64,000 bases of DNA from the NCBI RefSeq assembly GCF_018977255.1, contig NW_024704743.1:30134001-30198000 (forward strand). Reading direction: 5' to 3'. The position numbers and the translations under genes were made by a program. Below are positions 48,508-62,172 of this stretch, one piece after another. Positions within the stretch are counted from its first letter, which is position 1; every line of letters begins with the position of its first letter. The notes under the pieces are model-generated. The model had not been told where the DNA came from and did no database searches. It saw only the letters and a program-made list of their open reading frames with translations. Source of the DNA: Callorhinchus milii. Taxonomy: Eukaryota.

Positions 48508-49563
48508 GGGTTACCAATTCACATGAGTCTAGATTTACTTTATTTTCTTAGTATTTTAGAGCATCCAGAATTTGACAATCTTTTAAATGCTGCTTTAATT
48601 TTAGAACATAAGAATATAAGAATTAGGAGCAGGAGTAGGCCATTCGGCCTTCTAGCCTGCCCCGCCATTCAATAAAATCATTCTTATTGAATCTATTCTA
48701 ACTCCACCTACCCGCCTTATCCCCATATCCCTTAATCCCTTTATCCACAAGAAATCTATCAATCTCAGTCTTGAATATGTTCAAGGACTGAGCATCTACA
48801 ATTCTTTGGGGTAGAGAATTCCATAAATTCACTACCCTCTGAGTGAAGAAGTTTTTCCTCAACTCAGTGTGAAAGGGCTTACCCCTAATTTTAAGACTGT
48901 GACCCCTGGTTATAGTTTTTCCAACCAAGGGAAAAAGTCTCCCACTGTCTATTCTGTTGTGCCCCATAATAATCTTATAGGTTTCTACAAGATCACCTCT
49001 CATTCTTCTATATTCTAAAGAATATAGGCCTAAATTGCTCAACCTATCCTCATAACTCATCCCCCTCATCCCTAGTACCAACCTAGTGAATCTACGTGTA
49101 CCCCCTCCAAGGCGAGTACATTCTTTCTTAAATAAGGAGACCGAAACTGCACACAATACTCTAGGTGTGGTCTCACCAGGGCCCTATACAATCCATGCTA
49201 ATATATTCCCCTTAATTCCATGAGCCCTAATCTTGTGGATCAACCTTTTATGTGGCACCTTATCGAATGCCTTTTGGAAATCTAAATACACTACATCCAT
49301 TGATTTCCCCCCTATCTAATCTACTTGATTTGTCCTCAAAAAAATCTAAAAGATTTGTTAAGCATGACTTACCTTTTTTAAAGCCATGTTGACGCTGTCT
49401 AATCATATTGTGATCCTCTACGTATCCCACTACGACATCCTTAATTAAGGATTCTAGAATTTGTGAAGCAGGTTTTTCTGCAAATTCTTTTAAGACACTA
49501 CAAAGCTTCAAAGGTAAAATTGAATTCAACAACTTGCCCAATTCTGTACTCTGATTTCTCCCC
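48508..49563. mobile_element. Palindromic MITE split by a CR1 insertion (left 48508-48602, right 49458-49563)
   Basis: Left aattcacatgagtctagatttact...ccagaattt...ttaatttt; right tgaagcaggtttttctg...gcttcaaag...tgaattcaac...atttctcccc; both match the 15539 and 25940 MITEs. Confidence 0.7.
48603..49460 (-). mobile_element. CR1-clade LINE, 5'-truncated and internally deleted
   Basis: ILESLIKD...QHGFKKGKSCLTNLLDFFED...LDFQKAFDKVPHKRL..KIRAHGI.GNILAW joined to [17 protein letters not shown]-terminus YEDRLSNLGLYSLE.RRMRGDL...NFFTQRVVNLWNSLP...KGYGDKAGRWS; tail repeat ttcttatattcttatgttct. Confidence 0.95.
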
Positions 49564-50312
49564 TGGCTTCGTGATTTCTGTTTTACAGCCTCCTAATCTG
49601 ATTTTCTATTCTGACTATTGCGTCTCTCTTGCCTCTGATTTCCATCTCAGCTCTCTACAGTCTCACTGTCTCGCTCCTGTTTAGCTGCTGCTCTCTAATC
49701 TCTGTGCCAGAAGCCGCCTGTCAATTCGTGGCCACAGTGAGGCGATGATTATTGCTAATTGAAAGGCTTCACACTGAGTGGGGGAGGTGGGGAGCAGCTG
49801 TGATCTGAGGAAGCAGAAGAACATATCCTGAAACACCGAGAGTAAAATAACAGGACAAAAAAAGCACGAGAGTCAACAAAAAGTAAAGATGAAGCAATCG
49901 TGGAAAGGAGAGAACTACAGGACAAGAACGATAAGAGAAAACCAGGGACATATGAACGAAAATGCAACCAATTTCACAGAAAGAAAATGTGTTAAAGGAG
50001 TGCAAAGCATAAAGAGAATATCCACTGTATGACTCAAAAGCCACAACTACAGAAGAGAAAGACAGTGATACAGAAATGGGATGAGCAATGATAATCAGCA
50101 GTTCAGCTCATTCAGCTTCGGAGCAATTTGATATTTTCACAACATTGACTTATTTTGTATGAATTTCTTTACTTAAAGAAAAAAGGGCCATGAAATTATA
50201 TTATTTTTGTAAATGATTTTGTCTTAGGTATATGTTATATTGATATAGAGGCACTACTACTACTATAATATTAATAACAATAATTAATAATCCTTGCAGT
50301 TGATATAGGGCT

Positions 50313-50430
50313 TTCGCCCACAAATATACGGTCAATTCACTTTACAGTCTATTCTGTGAAGCACTTTGAGATGTCGAGAAGACATAAAAAGCGCTGTATC
50401 AAATGCAGGGATGATTGTTATATTATTATT
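50313..50430 (+). mobile_element. tRNA-SINE 3' fragment within a cluster of inverted tails
   Basis: ttcgcccacaaatatacggtcaattcactttacagtc...tatcaaatgcaggg. Confidence 0.8.
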
Positions 50431-51489
50431 ATATTATTTACCACGTTATTGAGACATCTCAAAGCACTTCACATGATATCGTAAGGTGGATTGAATGTGT
50501 ATTTTTGGGGTGAAACACAGCAGCCTATTTGCGCACAGCAGTGTCCCCCAAAAAGCCATGGAGTGAGTCATACAGGCATATCTTCACATCACTGGTGTTT
50601 ACAGGATATTTGCAATATCTTGCGAGTGACCACATCTGGTATGTTTTCTATAAAAAACAAAATGGTTCAAACTGTTCATGCCACTGAGCATTTGCTCCAC
50701 CTACTTCTGGTGTGGTGACTTCAGTTCTCAACATCTTTCTGATGGTCTTGTAATGGCTTTGTGACGGCTGCACATTGGCATTGAGGCGAGCCGAGCTGGC
50801 AGATGGAGCACACAGCACCCGTCAGGCTGAGAAATGCTACTGCAGGGCGTCAGTCTACAACTCTGCAAAGTATTCCCCAATGAGACATTAAAGGGCAAGT
50901 GTCATCAGCAATTTCCGTCGCACAAACCAGGCAGCTTCTTTGCAAATATTTGCCCCACTGTAACATTGGAAAGTGGCAGGGCAGCTAATTTATTTTTATC
51001 AATGGTGGCAGCGAGCAGATCGAGTCTGCTGTGAACTTTAGGTTAAATATTGTTTCTGACGTTCGCAGGAGAGAGCTCTTCACATTAGCATGTTTTCATC
51101 GAGTTGCCTCTCCTGACAATAGGAGATGCTTTGCTGAAAGAAGCATCGAGAACTAAGGGTACTTCATACAATGGCTGTAGCAGTAGGATAACTCCACTAT
51201 GATAGCACATTGGCATGGATTCAGCTCTGGTTGACCTGCACAGTCACACTGCCGATGCCTCATATCTTCATTTCTAATCAGTTATAATTTATAAAATGAT
51301 TCAGAATGTTTACTTTATGTGAAAGGTGCTTTATCTAATGGCATTGGTACTATTACTGTTACCTCTAGCATCACATTTTGTTATAATAAATGGAGAACAA
51401 TATCATTTAAATTAAAAGGGATACGCCCCTTGGATGACTCGATAAATACATATTAAAGATTTGGGTGCTATCTTGCACTGATTAGAAAA

Positions 51490-51600
51490 ATCCCTGGTTT
51501 AATCTCTGCTCTGTGATGAGTCACCGTTGATCTCAGCCAGGACAATAATTAGACCATAGAATTGGCCTCAGTGGCCTGAGGGTCGGGAGGCTAATCATAA
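51490..51600 (+). mobile_element. AmnSINE2-like relic (5' part)
   Basis: ccctggtttaatctct..ctctgtgatgagt...tgatctcagccagg...aattggcctcagtg. Confidence 0.5.
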
Positions 51601-53194
51601 GGCAGGCATATGATGATGAAGATTCTCACCTTTCACATCAGGAAGTCTCAAAGAACTTCACAGGATAATAATAATAATATACTATAATAATCTAGTAATA
51701 TAATAGGATATATTGTAAAGTGGAGTGACCGAATATTTTGTGGGTGAATATGGCTACAAGATCAGCCAAAAAGTGCAAGCTGCTTGGTCTAAGTTGTAAA
51801 AATGTGAGTGGGAGACAAGGTGGAATTTTGAGACTCCCCTTTGTATTTCACCTCCTATTTGCACTGTAGTCGATCACAACTGGAATCACTAATAGTGATT
51901 TGGAGTCTCTCACTGGGAATCCTGTTGGATATGTGTGGCTGATATCACAGTCAGGTTAGGGCACTTTGGAGCGAGGATTCCTTGAGTCAGCTGTGATTAA
52001 CGTGCTGCGGGCCACCGATAGGATTCCCTACCAGCAAATCCTTTTGTGGACCATCAGGTTTTCAATCCCATTGAATCACAATATCAATTTTATTTTATTT
52101 ATTTTAGGTCACATATTGATCACTATATTTTGTTACATGCCCCTTTTTACTGTATTTTATTTAGATGTCTCAAACTGAACTCTGCTTTGCTACTCTGATG
52201 TCTGAAATGCTGCACACTGTCCAGCGCCTTGGGACATACTCCTGACGTGAAAGGCGCTATACAAATGTAATCTTGTTGTTGTTTTCATCATGAATAATTC
52301 TGGTATAATGAAACCTCTTCCAAATCATAGGCACAGTTAATTCAAGGATTTGTTGCAGCAACTGGAACAAAAGGCATTACATATAGGAACCTCCTTACAG
52401 TTTTAATGACTTAATGTCTAGTAAATGCTGAACATTTTTTCTTCACTCACACAGAAAAAGAACAAAACTTTAAAGAAGATTTTGATCTCAAAGAAAGTCT
52501 TGTGTTGTTGTGGTGCTGTTATAATAAATGGTTTGAATCATTCAGTTGGTCCTGCTCAATGCATCAGAACAACACACTGGAATAGATGAAAGAACGGGCA
52601 ACAGTAAAAAGAATAAGATAGTTATTACAGATACAGTAGTTATTATTAGTTCCTAAATTATTATAGATCATACTTTTTTGAGGAATGTTTATGTCGATCT
52701 ATAAAGACATCCTGGATCGCAAGAACACTAAAAGCAGTAGTTAAGATCCCCTGAAAAAGGCTTTATGCAAATAGATGTTTGTAGTTTTAATGAATATCTC
52801 CGAAATCCCAGAGCTAATGCATGAACCAGGGTGTGGAATAAGGTTACTGTAGCTGTCAACAAATGTTCATAAGCTCATAAGGCAAATGTTCTACAATGAA
52901 CAAGTATGTACTGGTCTAACTCCAGATGCATTAAGCCATATACCATCAATCTGTCTTCTCGTTGCATTGTACAATACTGAATAATGGTGTATTATTGCAT
53001 TAAGTTGCCCTTCACCTCAATTGGGGATCAAAAAATATTAATATTTTAGAAGACACAAATAGTCACTTGGTTTAATTAAATATGGTGCTCAATGGATCTA
53101 TTGTGTGCTTAAAGAATTATTTAGATTTGGTTAAATAATATGACTTGTGTCCTGACTCCAACAAAACTAAGGGAAGGTTTTGGTCAATTGCCAA

Positions 53195-53620
53195 TCAGAA
53201 TGCTTACATTTGATGTATTTTACATTTCATGTGGGAGGACATTTCAAAACGCTTCAAGAATTCACTTCACAATGCAGTGACTATATTTAACAGACCCATG
53301 TGGCAGCAGATTAGTGTACAACAATGTCCCACAAAAAGCTATGAAGTGAATGATCAATTTTATTTGGGGTAATTGTTGGCCAGGAGAAACTTCCTTCTCT
53401 TTTCGAATAGTGCCATGGGATCTTTAACATCCACCTGAAGAGCAGACGGGACCTAAGTTTAATATATCATCTGAAGTACGGCACCTCTGACGATGCAGCA
53501 TACCCCCAGCCCTATATTAGTCTAGCCTCTAGACTATGAGCTCAAAGTCCCGATGTGGAGCTTGAACTCACAACTTTCTGTCCCGGAGGCTACAAAGAGT
53601 GTTACTAACTGAGCAAGGGT
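53195..53620 (-). mobile_element. Full-length Deu-domain SINE
   Basis: ttttcgaatagtgccatgggatctttaacatccacctgaagagcagacgggacc core; head and tail present. Confidence 0.87.
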
Positions 53621-54984
53621 GCCAGCTTTTATAGAAAAAGTTAAAGAATTCCAACAAAGGAATTTTGACAGTGAAGATGGTAATTTGGCAGCCAATCTTT
53701 TTGAGATCTATAACAAAAACAAGAATTTTGTAAGAATTCAAGAACTGAAGAATATGTAATCATTTTCCATAATTCTTAAATTTTAAGAGAAAATGGTCTT
53801 ACAGACAAACGAGCTGGATTTCAACGGGCCTAAATTTTAAAAAATCATGAAGGGATTATTTTTTGCACAACAACTAAAATGCTCATATATACATATATAT
53901 ATGTCTTTCAAGCTGCTTTTAGCTGCCAACCAATTAAGATAGACATTTTACTTCATTGAATTAGCTCGAAATATTAGGATATTAGTTATATAAAGATTTT
54001 ATCCATCGGGACCATCCAAAAAAAAACAATGATCTATCTGCTTATGAAAAGCAATGATAGCGCTCCTGAATACACTGATGCCTTGCAATACATCATAACT
54101 ATTGCAGACTAGACAGGCTGTACATAACATGAGTAGACACTCACTGTATAAGACGAGGGAAGTAAGCTGCATAGATCTTCAGGGTATTTATGAGGAAAGG
54201 ATCTTATCCCCATTGAAAACTGAATCTAGGAGATTTACAAACTTTAGGATTGCAAATCCAAGCAATTAAGTGAAATCCTGATAAATGCAAATAATTTTGA
54301 CCCGAGAGAAAAAAACCTTGGAAATATCAAAATTTACATAGAACCAGATAACGCAATATAGTCCCATTTAAGTCTGCACACACAATAAACTGAAATCATG
54401 TTTGATAATCACTGAACAGTCAGATGATTCATAAGAAGGTTATTATTCATAATGTGTGCAGCATTGGAAATGAGGGCAGGAGCATCATACAATTGCTACA
54501 GCTACATCTGAAGCTGCATCCTGACATTAATTCTACATTTTATTGGAACTGTCAGGCTTGCATACAAATGAACTTTGTCCAGTGATTACAGGCTAATCCG
54601 TGTCTTTTCTTTACACCTCTCAAAAATTTGCATATAGATTCAAGGGAATTGTTATGGGTTGAGATTGGCGGGGGAGGGGAAGCCCACAGGAACATCATTT
54701 CCCTCAGTGCTGCATCACAGTTATGTTGTGTAGAAGGGAATACAATGATATGTTTTTGCAATGAGACACAAAGCTTTCCTGGATTTACAGGAGTTACAAT
54801 AGCCCTTTAAAATGGACTCGCAAACTGTACAATGAGTGAGGGGAGAATTAAATAAAAATTGTGAGTAGTCTTGCCTCTTTGTACAGCACTGAAAAGTATG
54901 CATTAACTGTGGTTAACTCAGTTGTGGACAGACTTGTCCTAAATTGGAGATCAAACTAATAATGTATTTGTCAATCAATCCGTC

Positions 54985-55140
54985 TGCCTTGCCTCTTCCT
55001 TGCCGTTCTTCACATCACACCTCAAGACCTTTGACTGTGCCTATGGTCACCTCCCCCGGCTTGGTGTCAGGCTCCACCACTGTTAAGCTCTCCAAGATAT
55101 TGCCCCGCGTGAAGATGCTATATAATTTAAGCTGTTGCTC
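54985..55140 (+). mobile_element. Old L2 3' fragment
   Basis: ctcaagacctttgactgtgcctatggtcacctcc...actgttaagctctcc..gtgaagatgctatata. Confidence 0.7.
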
Positions 55141-55651
55141 CAGATATAAATTGTGTTGGGAGTGGATTTTCTGTGACTTATTTCTGGTAACTTACAGGAA
55201 GGAGTGTCCATTTTGTGTAAATCACATTCCTTATTAAGGAATCCAATTAAGAAATAATAAAAACTAAGGAACCCAAGGAGCTCTGCCTTTTTTAATAGTT
55301 TAATTAGGCAGCGTAACTGATGATTTGCAGAACATTGACACCTCTTATAAGCTGCGCTGTACTGAGCGATTCTCATATGTGTATTGATGTCATTGCATAT
55401 ACAACAGTTTCAAATGCAGGTGTCGTAAAATGTTTAGTAAATAGTGAATGCTGGATAAGCAACAGCCAGACTCTAAACCTCCACTTGGACACTGACTTCA
55501 CAGATGTCGGAATTGAGATCAGTGCCTGAACCATTTGATCACTGAACCATCCATCTGTTCTCTATAGGTACCAACAAAGTGGTTTTAAATCCACAGACCT
55601 GGGCGATGATTCCCCTCCCCCCACCCCCATCATCAAATTGAATCAAGTAGG

Positions 55652-55812
55652 GAAACTGCAGTGTGCAATTGTTTGCCGTATTTCACCCAAAAAGTATACA
55701 ATCAATTCACTTTACAGTATATTCTGTGAAGCGCTTTGTGACGTCTCAAAGACATGATCAGGCACTGTATCAAATGGAAGGATTATTATTATTATTACTA
55801 TTATCATTATCA
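55652..55812 (+). mobile_element. tRNA-SINE 3' half
   Basis: tcaattcactttacagtatattctgtgaagcgcttt...aaggattattatt. Confidence 0.85.
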
Positions 55813-56887
55813 ATATTGTGAATCAACAACAACTGTTTAACAATTGTGATTGTGTTGCTAAAAAAAAGCCCACAATATGCCGCAAGCTGTGTTCATTATT
55901 ACAGCTTTGCTTCCTGTAGCAGTTTTTCAATATAAATGCATAATTAGTGTTTCGAGTTGAAGTTACCTAACTACCAGTGGCAATATTGAGACCTATTGTC
56001 TTGTGGTATCAATCGACCACTAGCTAGAACCGAATCAGCAGCTCAGGGAGGGCTTTGTATAAATGAAACAAGACGTGCTGTTCACCTTGTGATGACTCAA
56101 ACCACTGGGATGGAGTATGTAGTGGTGAGCGTATATGCCATAATACTGCCTGTGTCTTTCGTCTGAATAATCTGTGTCAACACCTACATGCCTACTCAGC
56201 ATTATATCTATTGAGGTTTGGATACATTTTTAACCAGCTATAAAACTGCTTGTCTTGCATTCAACCACACCCAGCCTTTCGGCATTAATGCTGATAGCTG
56301 CAAAATTGTTTCACTTTACACTCAGAGAAATGGATATGAGATTGTAACCTAGAGAATTTTGTTGAGGATTTAATGTCGAATTTTTTTTGTTAATTCAAAC
56401 GTTGGTGTGAGAGTCAGCTTCAAACTATTGTAAAATTCATGGTTTTAATTCATAGCCAACATATGAATAAGTAAGAACATAACAGATAGAGGTAAAGCCT
56501 TCATTTAGGCTACCAGGGATTTTGTTACATGCTCCTCCATACTGACGAAGGATCAGACTTACACTGAATAGCAGGAAAATCTTGTTCCTTAATCCTCGGA
56601 ATGTATACAGTTGTGTTTCATGAATAATCGCCATCCTGGCGTAACATGCTTATATTGTTCATGTTAAAAGCCAAAGCTGAAACAAAAACAGAGCAATTTG
56701 ACTACTGGTATTTTGCTAGACAGTCCAAAGTCTTTTGTAACAGTAAACATTGCAGCTTGGGAATCTTGAACACTCACAAAGTCCTTTTGGTGATAGATTG
56801 ATGATTATTTATCAGAAGTTTCAGATATATTTATCAGAGTCCCGGGATGAGTCAAGTTCCAATTTATCAGCCCTAAGACATGTGTAA

Positions 56888-57271
56888 ATAATAATAATAT
56901 TTTTATTTGTTACAGTGCCTATCACGTCATCAAAACATCTCAAACTTGTTCACAGGATTCACTGTGAACTATAATGCTTGTATTTTTGTAGGTGAACGTG
57001 GCAGCCAATTTATGTATAGCAATGTCCCACAAACAGCCGTGAAGTGAATGACCAATTTAATCTTGGAGATTGTTGGCAAGGATACTGAGAGAAACTCTCT
57101 TCTCCTTTCGAGGACCACCGTGGAATCTCTTGCACCTGAATGGACAGATGGAACCTCGGTTTAACTTCTCATCTGAAGGTCAGCATCTCTAACAATGCAG
57201 TTCTCCTCCAACATTGCATTGGACAGTCAGTCAGAGACTCAATGTCTCGACTTGGGGCTTGAACCCACAAT
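56888..57271 (-). mobile_element. Deu-domain SINE
   Basis: Tail, gcaatgtcccacaaacagccgtgaagtgaatgacc, Deu core and B box ggggcttgaacccacaa. Confidence 0.82.
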
Positions 57272-57944
57272 GGGAGATGAGAAAATATGAAACAGCCATC
57301 ATTTGTGAGAGCAAAGCAGGAATTAGCAAAACCAGAACATAATCCTTACATTTGATATAAAACCTTTCATGTCCAGAGGAAATTTCAAAACACTTCCCAG
57401 GATATACTGTTAGTTGTAGTGACTATGCATTTTGTAGGCAAAAGATGGTTAAAAGAGAGGTAAATAGATGCTCTGATATTAGAGGTATTAAAGGGTGAAA
57501 GGTCTCCTCTTGTGTCCGTTTTCCTAAGCACAGAAAGCAAACCTGATCGTAGGTCCATAGAAAAGTGAAAGGTTAGAAAACAAATAGTTGGAAAACATAA
57601 AACTCATATTTACTAGTGATCAAGTGAAGTAAAGTATACATTATAGTGAAAAGTACATGATTTAAGTTAATTAAGCAATAAAGTATAGCAGGAGTTAAGG
57701 TAATAAAGTGGCCAGAACCTTGGCAGATAATCAGAACTATTAAAGTAAGACAGGTAAGAGAGTCAGGAGTACATGTGAAGGGTTTCTCACAGAGGTGACA
57801 ACTCTAACAATAAGACATAATTTGAGAAATGAACGAAAGATGGCAGAATGATGAAGGAATGACAAAGTCAGGGAAGTAATGGTAAAAGTTTCATGTCTAC
57901 TAATCTGTGTTCAAACATGTTAGAACTATTTCTGTTCAGTCACG

Positions 57945-58186
57945 GGTTTGACACACACAGAATGATATTACCATGTTTAAGAGTATCCAAACCAGAGTGC
58001 CTCATATTATGGAAATGTAACTGTATTTGGAATGGGACTTGCACTCTCTCCCTGGAAGGAGGCACAGTGCTCACCTAATCCCAGAGAGTTTAGGTGCAGT
58101 TTGGCAAAAGCTCAAGGCTTGGTGGCCCCAGAGTGTGCGTAGGTGTCCTGTTGGAGTTTAACCAGCTATCCCTTGCGCTTGCCATT
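57945..58186 (+). mobile_element. Unassigned ancient repeat 'X', copy 6
   Basis: accatgtttaagagtatccaaacc...gcactctctccctgg...tgctcacctaat...caaggcttgg..ccccagagtgtgcgt...aaccagcta. Confidence 0.78.
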
Positions 58187-58530
58187 CCGAACACTAACAC
58201 AATAGTATAGCTTGTTGACACTCATTATGTGGCTTCAAATGGGATACGTGGCCATTTGGATAAGAGGGTGATCAGCAGCCGTTGGAGGTGTACCCAGGCA
58301 TGAGCCAGCACCTTGAATAGAGGAAAAACAAAAGGCATTAACCAGTGGCTGATAACATGCATCAAACCACATCATCTTCACTTGCAGAGGCTTTTTTGGC
58401 ATAAAGAAAGTTAGTTGATGAGCACATGTAACTCTTTTTCTTTCCTTTCTTAGAAACACCTAGACAAAACGTTAATAACACTTCATTCAGACTGTCCGCT
58501 AATTGAACACTTAGCGATAAGCGGAAATCT

Positions 58531-58846
58531 ATAATAATATAATAATCCTTGCATTTGATATAGCACTTTTCACATCTTCTTGACGTCTCAAAGCGCTTCA
58601 CAGAATATACTGAAAAGTGAATTGACTGTATATTTGTGGGAAAAACCCAGCAGCCAATTGCGCACAGCATTGTCCCAGAAATAGTCATGGATTGAAGTGA
58701 CCAATTTGTTTTTGTTTTTTTTCTTGAGGGATTATTATCAGGCATGTGAAATAAGGAAACTTACCCAAGTTTTTGCCCTGCCGGGAATCAAACCCAAGTT
58801 TCTCGCTTGCAAGACGAGTGCTGTATCCACTGAGCTACAGGACTCC
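58531..58846 (-). mobile_element. Full-length tRNA-SINE, short variant
   Basis: Complete head, body and tail. Confidence 0.92.
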
Positions 58847-59334
58847 TACACGATTACAGCCACAGACAAGCTTACTCACCTAGCAACTGTGGTTTCAAAC
58901 AATTAATATGTGTTCAGTGAAAAAAATGTTAGACCATGAGAAGAATGTATTAGTCGATGTTTTGGTAAAACTATAAATACCTTAATCAGCTCATGAATGC
59001 ATGCTAATGTTATGTGACTGCTGCAGTATTCTTCACTTCTTATAAAGAGTGGTTCTATAAAATGTACAATGTGTTGCTGTCCTTTTAGGTCCACCTCTTT
59101 TAATGTTTATTTCTTCACCTAGAACCGTACGCAATTCTCATTTAAAGTATACTTAAAGGTTCATATGTCACTAATGAAAAGAGAGGGTACCACACTGTGC
59201 TAGCTTACCCACATATTCAAGATATTTATTAACCCTGGTGGCAGTGCCTCATTTTTTAATGGTCTGTTACTCTGAATCATTCGAGAGTTTATAAGGCATG
59301 TTCTGTAAAATATTAAAACAATGACACCAAAATA

Positions 59335-59746
59335 TTAATAATTATCCTTGTATTTGATATCCTTTCAGGTTAGGTGGACGTCTCAAAATGCTTCACAGCA
59401 TTTATTGTAAAGTGTTGTGACTGAAAGTGGCAGTCAACTTGCAGCCAATGTCCCACAAGTAGCTATGAAGTGAATGACGAATTTCATTTGGGGGATTGTT
59501 GGCCAAGACACAGGGAAAAAATCCCTTCTCTTTTCAAATAGTGCCATGGGATTTTTCTTATGTCAACCTCAATAGGCAGAGGGGATCTTGGTTTAACATC
59601 TCATCTGAAGGACAGACCCTCCGACAATACACGACTACCCCAGTATGACATTGAAATTTTACTCTAGTCAATGACTTCAGATTTCTTACATGAGGCATGA
59701 ACCCACAACCTTCTGACTCAAGAGGCACGAGTGCAGCCAGGCTGAC
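59335..59746 (-). mobile_element. Full-length Deu-domain SINE
   Basis: Deu core and head gaacccacaaccttctgactcaagaggcacgagtgc. Confidence 0.83.
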
Positions 59747-60589
59747 CATTAACAGGTCCAGTTAATGGTTTCCAAGGTTATTTGAGGACACTAATCATAA
59801 AAAATAAATAATAAATAACTAAATGTTTGTCACTTTGGACGAGTTATCCGGAGTGGCGTTTTAGGCATATGATAAATACATAAATAAATGTGGCCAGGAT
59901 ATTAACAGCAGTGATGACTTGAGTGATAGTGACAAGTTAAGCCAGGGTGGAGTTATCAGTGGAGTTATCCACAAATGGGACCCCAAATGTACTTGCTCAG
60001 CTAAATCACCAAAGTGTTTGCATTCAAACCTTAAGTTTCTGACTGTCATCTCATCTTGATAGGAATATCTGTTCAATGTGTTTTGCATGCCTGCATGAAA
60101 AGCAAACGAGAGAGCGCGTGCACACATGCAGGGATAATACTGACAGGTTTCTCTGTATTGCAGGTATTCTGAAACAGAGCTGATTGACAATCTAACCTCC
60201 TTAGGCATGCAGAGAAACTGAGGTGGTTGGGGGGGTTCAAGGAAAGCAAGGTTATTCAGTCAAAGAGAAAGTTGAAACTAATTTTTGATCATTTCTTAAC
60301 ATAGATGAGCTAATAAAATATTAGTTGTGCTTATAGATGTTTCTCTGTGAGCCAAGTCATTAGAACCATGATTCTAGCAAACAAATCAGACTTTAGTTTC
60401 TCCTAGTTACCCAGCCCAGCTGTAAATCCAGATGATCCAGGACTATCCGCTTCAAGTGTGTCTGCTGTATCCACCCTGTTCTGTGCATTTACCATCAGGT
60501 CACCATGTTACTCAACCATTATGATAACTTTTCAACAGCACAGGAGCTCCATATGAGGTGAACTTTGTTCAGGCTCAGGGTATGTGCAA

Positions 60590-60900
60590 AACAACAACAA
60601 TAATTTATACAGTGCCTTTCACATAGGGGAAACATCTCAAAGGACTTTACCAAGGCCGAGTTGGAATCCGAGCTGTGAGGGTGCTTGGGTGAGGGGGTGG
60701 TTCAGAAGAGAATTCCGGTGATTGGGGGAATGAGGCAGAAAGCTCACAGAAATACAGGAGATCATAGAGAAAGGGTGGGGCAGTGTCATGGAGGTATTTG
60801 AAAATAAGGACAAAGAGGTTGAAGTCGATCTGCTGGAGGGTAGGGAGCTGGACAATCTAGCTGAGGATGGCGGTGGGGTGGTGGTGGGCGTGCTGATGGG
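60590..60900 (-). mobile_element. Old L2 3' fragment
   Basis: (AAC)n tail; ttgaagtcgatctg..gggagctgg corresponds to the LP..QIDF region. Confidence 0.65.
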
Positions 60901-61795
60901 CTGGCAGGCCTCATTTAAAGGTGAGTCAAGGAATGAGAAGTCTTTCAAAAAAGGCACAGTTGTAAATCTTCCCTGAATATTTGCCAGTTCTTATGAAAAA
61001 TGCTCCGGGATGCTTCCCCGTGTGAAGGGCGCTATATAAATGCAAGTTTTTGTTATGAAAACCGCTGAACTGACTAGGCTGTCCAATGACGCAGAATAAG
61101 GGGAGGCTGGTTGGAGTGTTCACTCGGCTGCGTTGCTAGTCTCAGCTGGACCATATGGAGTGGCACCAGGTGAAGTCTTTATGCTCTTCATCTGGAATAA
61201 AAGCCTTTGCTGAAGCAGTTCTTTAGCTATGCAATTGGAGACGTGCACATATTTAAAGGGGCGATGCCTCCACGTTGAGACATATTAAATTGGGCTCACT
61301 TGTAGGAAAAGCCTGTTCCGGGATTATGGCATGCATCACTGCCAGCCTTGCAGCTGTGGTAGATGTGCTAGCCAGCAGATGCTGCACTTTCCCACTTTCT
61401 AAATCCTAGTTTTTATTTAGATAATTTCAATACTTGTGCCAGGCATATTGCACCCAACGTTGTCCATGAATAAGCCAATGTGCCTCATTTGATGGAATTG
61501 TCCCCTTCCTCTTTTAAAATATTTACATTCACTATAATATGCACTATAATAATAATAATAAATATCAACCTCTTGCAAAAAGTAGTTATTTGGCTGACCC
61601 ATCACTGAAAACCATTTAGAAATGACCTCTACAGAGTGATTTAAACAGTAATTATCTAATAATAATCCTTACATTTGATATAGCGCCTTTCATGTCAGGA
61701 GGACATCTCAAAGCGCTTCAAAGGATATACTGTAAAGTGCAATAATTGTGTACTTTGTAGGTGAATGCAACAGCCAATTTGTCCCACAAACGGCC

Positions 61796-62172
61796 ATGAT
61801 TTCAAGATCCTCTCACATGTCTCCAAATCTCTTCACATCCTTGCACCTGACTACCTTCCCGACCTTCTTTATCCCCATTCCATTACCCACTGCCCCCACT
61901 CAGCTGGCTCTGGCCTCCTGCTCATCGCTCGTCCCCTCCGCTCCACTGACAGCAGCCATGGTTTCAGCCATTACGCCCAAAGCTTTGGAACTCTCTTCCT
62001 CAATCCCTCCCTGCTTCCCCTCTTTTATATCATGACTGAAGACCTTCCTCTTCAACCGTGCTTACGGTTACCTTCTCCCTCCCCCAGTTCAGGGTCAGCT
62101 TTCACTACTGTTAAGCTCTCCAAGGAGCTGCCCTGCATGACAAGTGCTATATAAATGCAAGTTGTTGTTGTT
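61796..62172 (+). mobile_element. Old L2 3' fragment
   Basis: DFKILSHVSKSLHILAPDYLPDLL...GSGLL; tail gctatataaatgcaa(gtt)n. Confidence 0.82.

Noticed and set aside
57850..57876. Resemblance of the reverse complement to miR-204/211 (TTCCCTTTGTCATCC)
   Set aside because: A 3-nt insertion interrupts the seed, there are further mismatches and no hairpin partner is evident.
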